DNA of 64,000 bases, taken from the IMG/VR virus record IMGVR_UViG_3300034156_000107; one strand, given 5' to 3'. A program made the translations under genes and the position numbers. This document shows, piece by piece, positions 62,820-64,000 of the stretch. Each line of letters starts with the position of its first letter. Positions within the stretch are counted from its first letter, which is position 1. Origin of the DNA: a virus (taxonomy: Duplodnaviria > Heunggongvirae > Uroviricota > Caudoviricetes). The notes beneath the pieces are model-generated. The model was not told where the DNA came from. It searched no databases and worked only from the letters and a program-made list of their open reading frames with translations.

Positions 62820-63395
62820 ATGTCTACTATTAATGTTGGTAAACTCTCTGAAATCAAATCCAGCTCCGAATTGAAACGCAAGCTTGAACAAATCAAGTCT
62901 GGCATCAAAATGGCCGTGAGCCAGTTGGAAAAGACTGCAGTGGTTATTCCACAAGAATTCCTGTTTACTTTCCGTATGGGTCACAAGATTTTCACCGTTG
63001 TTCCCAACACGGAAGAACTTTCCAAAGGCACCTTCGACTTGGGCCAACAGCTTAAAAAACTGGATCTGGCTGACTTCCAAAAGGTCAACCTGCTGGTGGA
63101 GCTGGAATCTGTTTCGTTGGCCGACCGACTGAACAGCATGAAATCGGATGTGTTGACCATTAAAGGTAGCGATGTTCGTTTTCGTGCAAAACACATCATC
63201 AAGCCAGCACAACCCGGCCAAGAACACCTGAACGCATGGTCGAATTTGACTGATGTTGTTTCGATTGTCGTCACCCGCCTTCCAGAAAATCCAGACGTGC
63301 GTGTTCAAGCCGAATTGGCACACTTGAAAGACGTTATCGAAAATTCGAGTTTTTTCGCAGTAGACAAAGATGAAAATCTTTTGATTAAACTGTAA
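62820..63395 (+). CDS. hypothetical protein, paralogue of 49223..49777
   Basis: Promoter tttgttgtataat; 191 aa. Confidence 0.7.
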   Translation: MSTINVGKLSEIKSSSELKRKLEQIKSGIKMAVSQLEKTAVVIPQEFLFTFRMGHKIFTVVPNTEELSKGTFDLGQQLKKLDLADFQKVNLLVELESVSLADRLNSMKSDVLTIKGSDVRFRAKHIIKPAQPGQEHLNAWSNLTDVVSIVVTRLPENPDVRVQAELAHLKDVIENSSFFAVDKDENLLIKL

Positions 63396-63467
63396 AAAAA
63401 GCTTGTCCAAATAAGAGTTTTTCGGTATACTACACCCATCAAATCAACGAAGTGAAGGAAATCAAAA

Positions 63468-64000
63468 ATGACTAAGACTACTGTTCTCAACCACTCCGCA
63501 ATGTCCGCTAAACTGCGTAGCATCTTCACCGCCAACAAAGACATGAAGGCTGTTTCGAAAATGCTGACCCAAGAATTCACCCTGTCGAAAACCGACGTTC
63601 CAAACGTCATGACGCTCACCATGAAAAACGGTGAAGCTCAATCGGTTACCATCATCGACAACCGTTTTGCAGTCATCAGCTACGCCAAGCCGAAGGGTGC
63701 GAAGGCCAGCACGATTTTCCTAAACAAATCAACGCCTATCACTTCGATGAAAGCCAGCAAAGTGGTTGTGGTTGACCTCGAAGAACGCACTGTCGAAAAC
63801 GGCGACTCGTTCGTAGGCTTCTCGCTGAAAAACGGTGGTAATGTGCCGGTTGACTTCTTGCTGGGTAGCTCGCTGGAACTGGTCGCTGTTCGTAACTACA
63901 TCAACCACACTCAGCTCTATGTTGCCACCCTTGACAACAAAGTGCTGGTAGCCGACAACATCAAAGCAGTTCGTTCCTTCATCAACGCCGAAGTGAAAGT
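63468..64000 (+). CDS. hypothetical protein, 3' end truncated by the window edge
   Basis: Promoter ttttcggtatact and RBS gaagga. The open frame MTKTTVLNHSAMSAKLRSIF... runs with no stop to the window end. Confidence 0.55.
   Translation, partial: MTKTTVLNHSAMSAKLRSIFTANKDMKAVSKMLTQEFTLSKTDVPNVMTLTMKNGEAQSVTIIDNRFAVISYAKPKGAKASTIFLNKSTPITSMKASKVVVVDLEERTVENGDSFVGFSLKNGGNVPVDFLLGSSLELVAVRNYINHTQLYVATLDNKVLVADNIKAVRSFINAEVK

Noticed and set aside
1-64000. CRISPR arrays, integrase/transposase, IS elements, prophage att sites
   Set aside because: No regularly spaced short direct repeats, no recombinase-like ORFs and no flanking direct repeats were seen. The window reads as the contiguous genome of a virulent phage.

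Overview
This window looks like a hyperplastic early/accessory region of a large virulent T4-like phage; GC is roughly 40%. It carries about 115 mostly small + strand genes. Nearly every gene, or every few genes, has its own extended -10 promoter (TGnTATAAT, often with a GTTTAC or GCTTTACA -35) and ends in a GC hairpin plus T-run terminator. Paralogue pairs and triplets are very frequent. Recognisable products: two divergent T4 Rnl1-type RNA ligases; a standalone polynucleotide-kinase-like P-loop kinase co-transcribed with a CinA/PncC-type NMN deamidase; a small 2H-phosphoesterase (HxT x2) protein; a DexA/oligoribonuclease DEDDh exonuclease; a Lar-like antirestriction zinc-finger protein; an SPFH/band-7 lipoprotein and several other lipoproteins; an HNH-like zinc-finger protein; and an EF-hand protein. 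AT-rich islands (some on the - strand) encode at least 8 signal-peptide modular proteins. These carry 75-85 aa Cys-containing tandem repeats, a fibrinogen-like domain, pentapeptide repeats, or a shared C-terminal Yx(I/V)CRxP domain. All share an N-terminal motif directly after the signal peptide and a distinctive TATTATAGTATTA-like upstream motif. Non-coding highlights: two tRNA-like elements with good D/T arms and acceptor stems but truncated anticodon arms (one ends in an encoded CCA); a promoter-to-terminator locus of about 480 nt with no ORF, internal 40-nt direct repeats and a GNRA hairpin; tandem promoter-terminator mini-transcripts; and three dispersed copies of a cassette (promoter, conserved leader, 44-46 aa helical peptide, terminator). 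No CRISPR array, integrase, transposase or reverse transcriptase was seen. All functional calls are from motif-level reading of the translations, without database searches.
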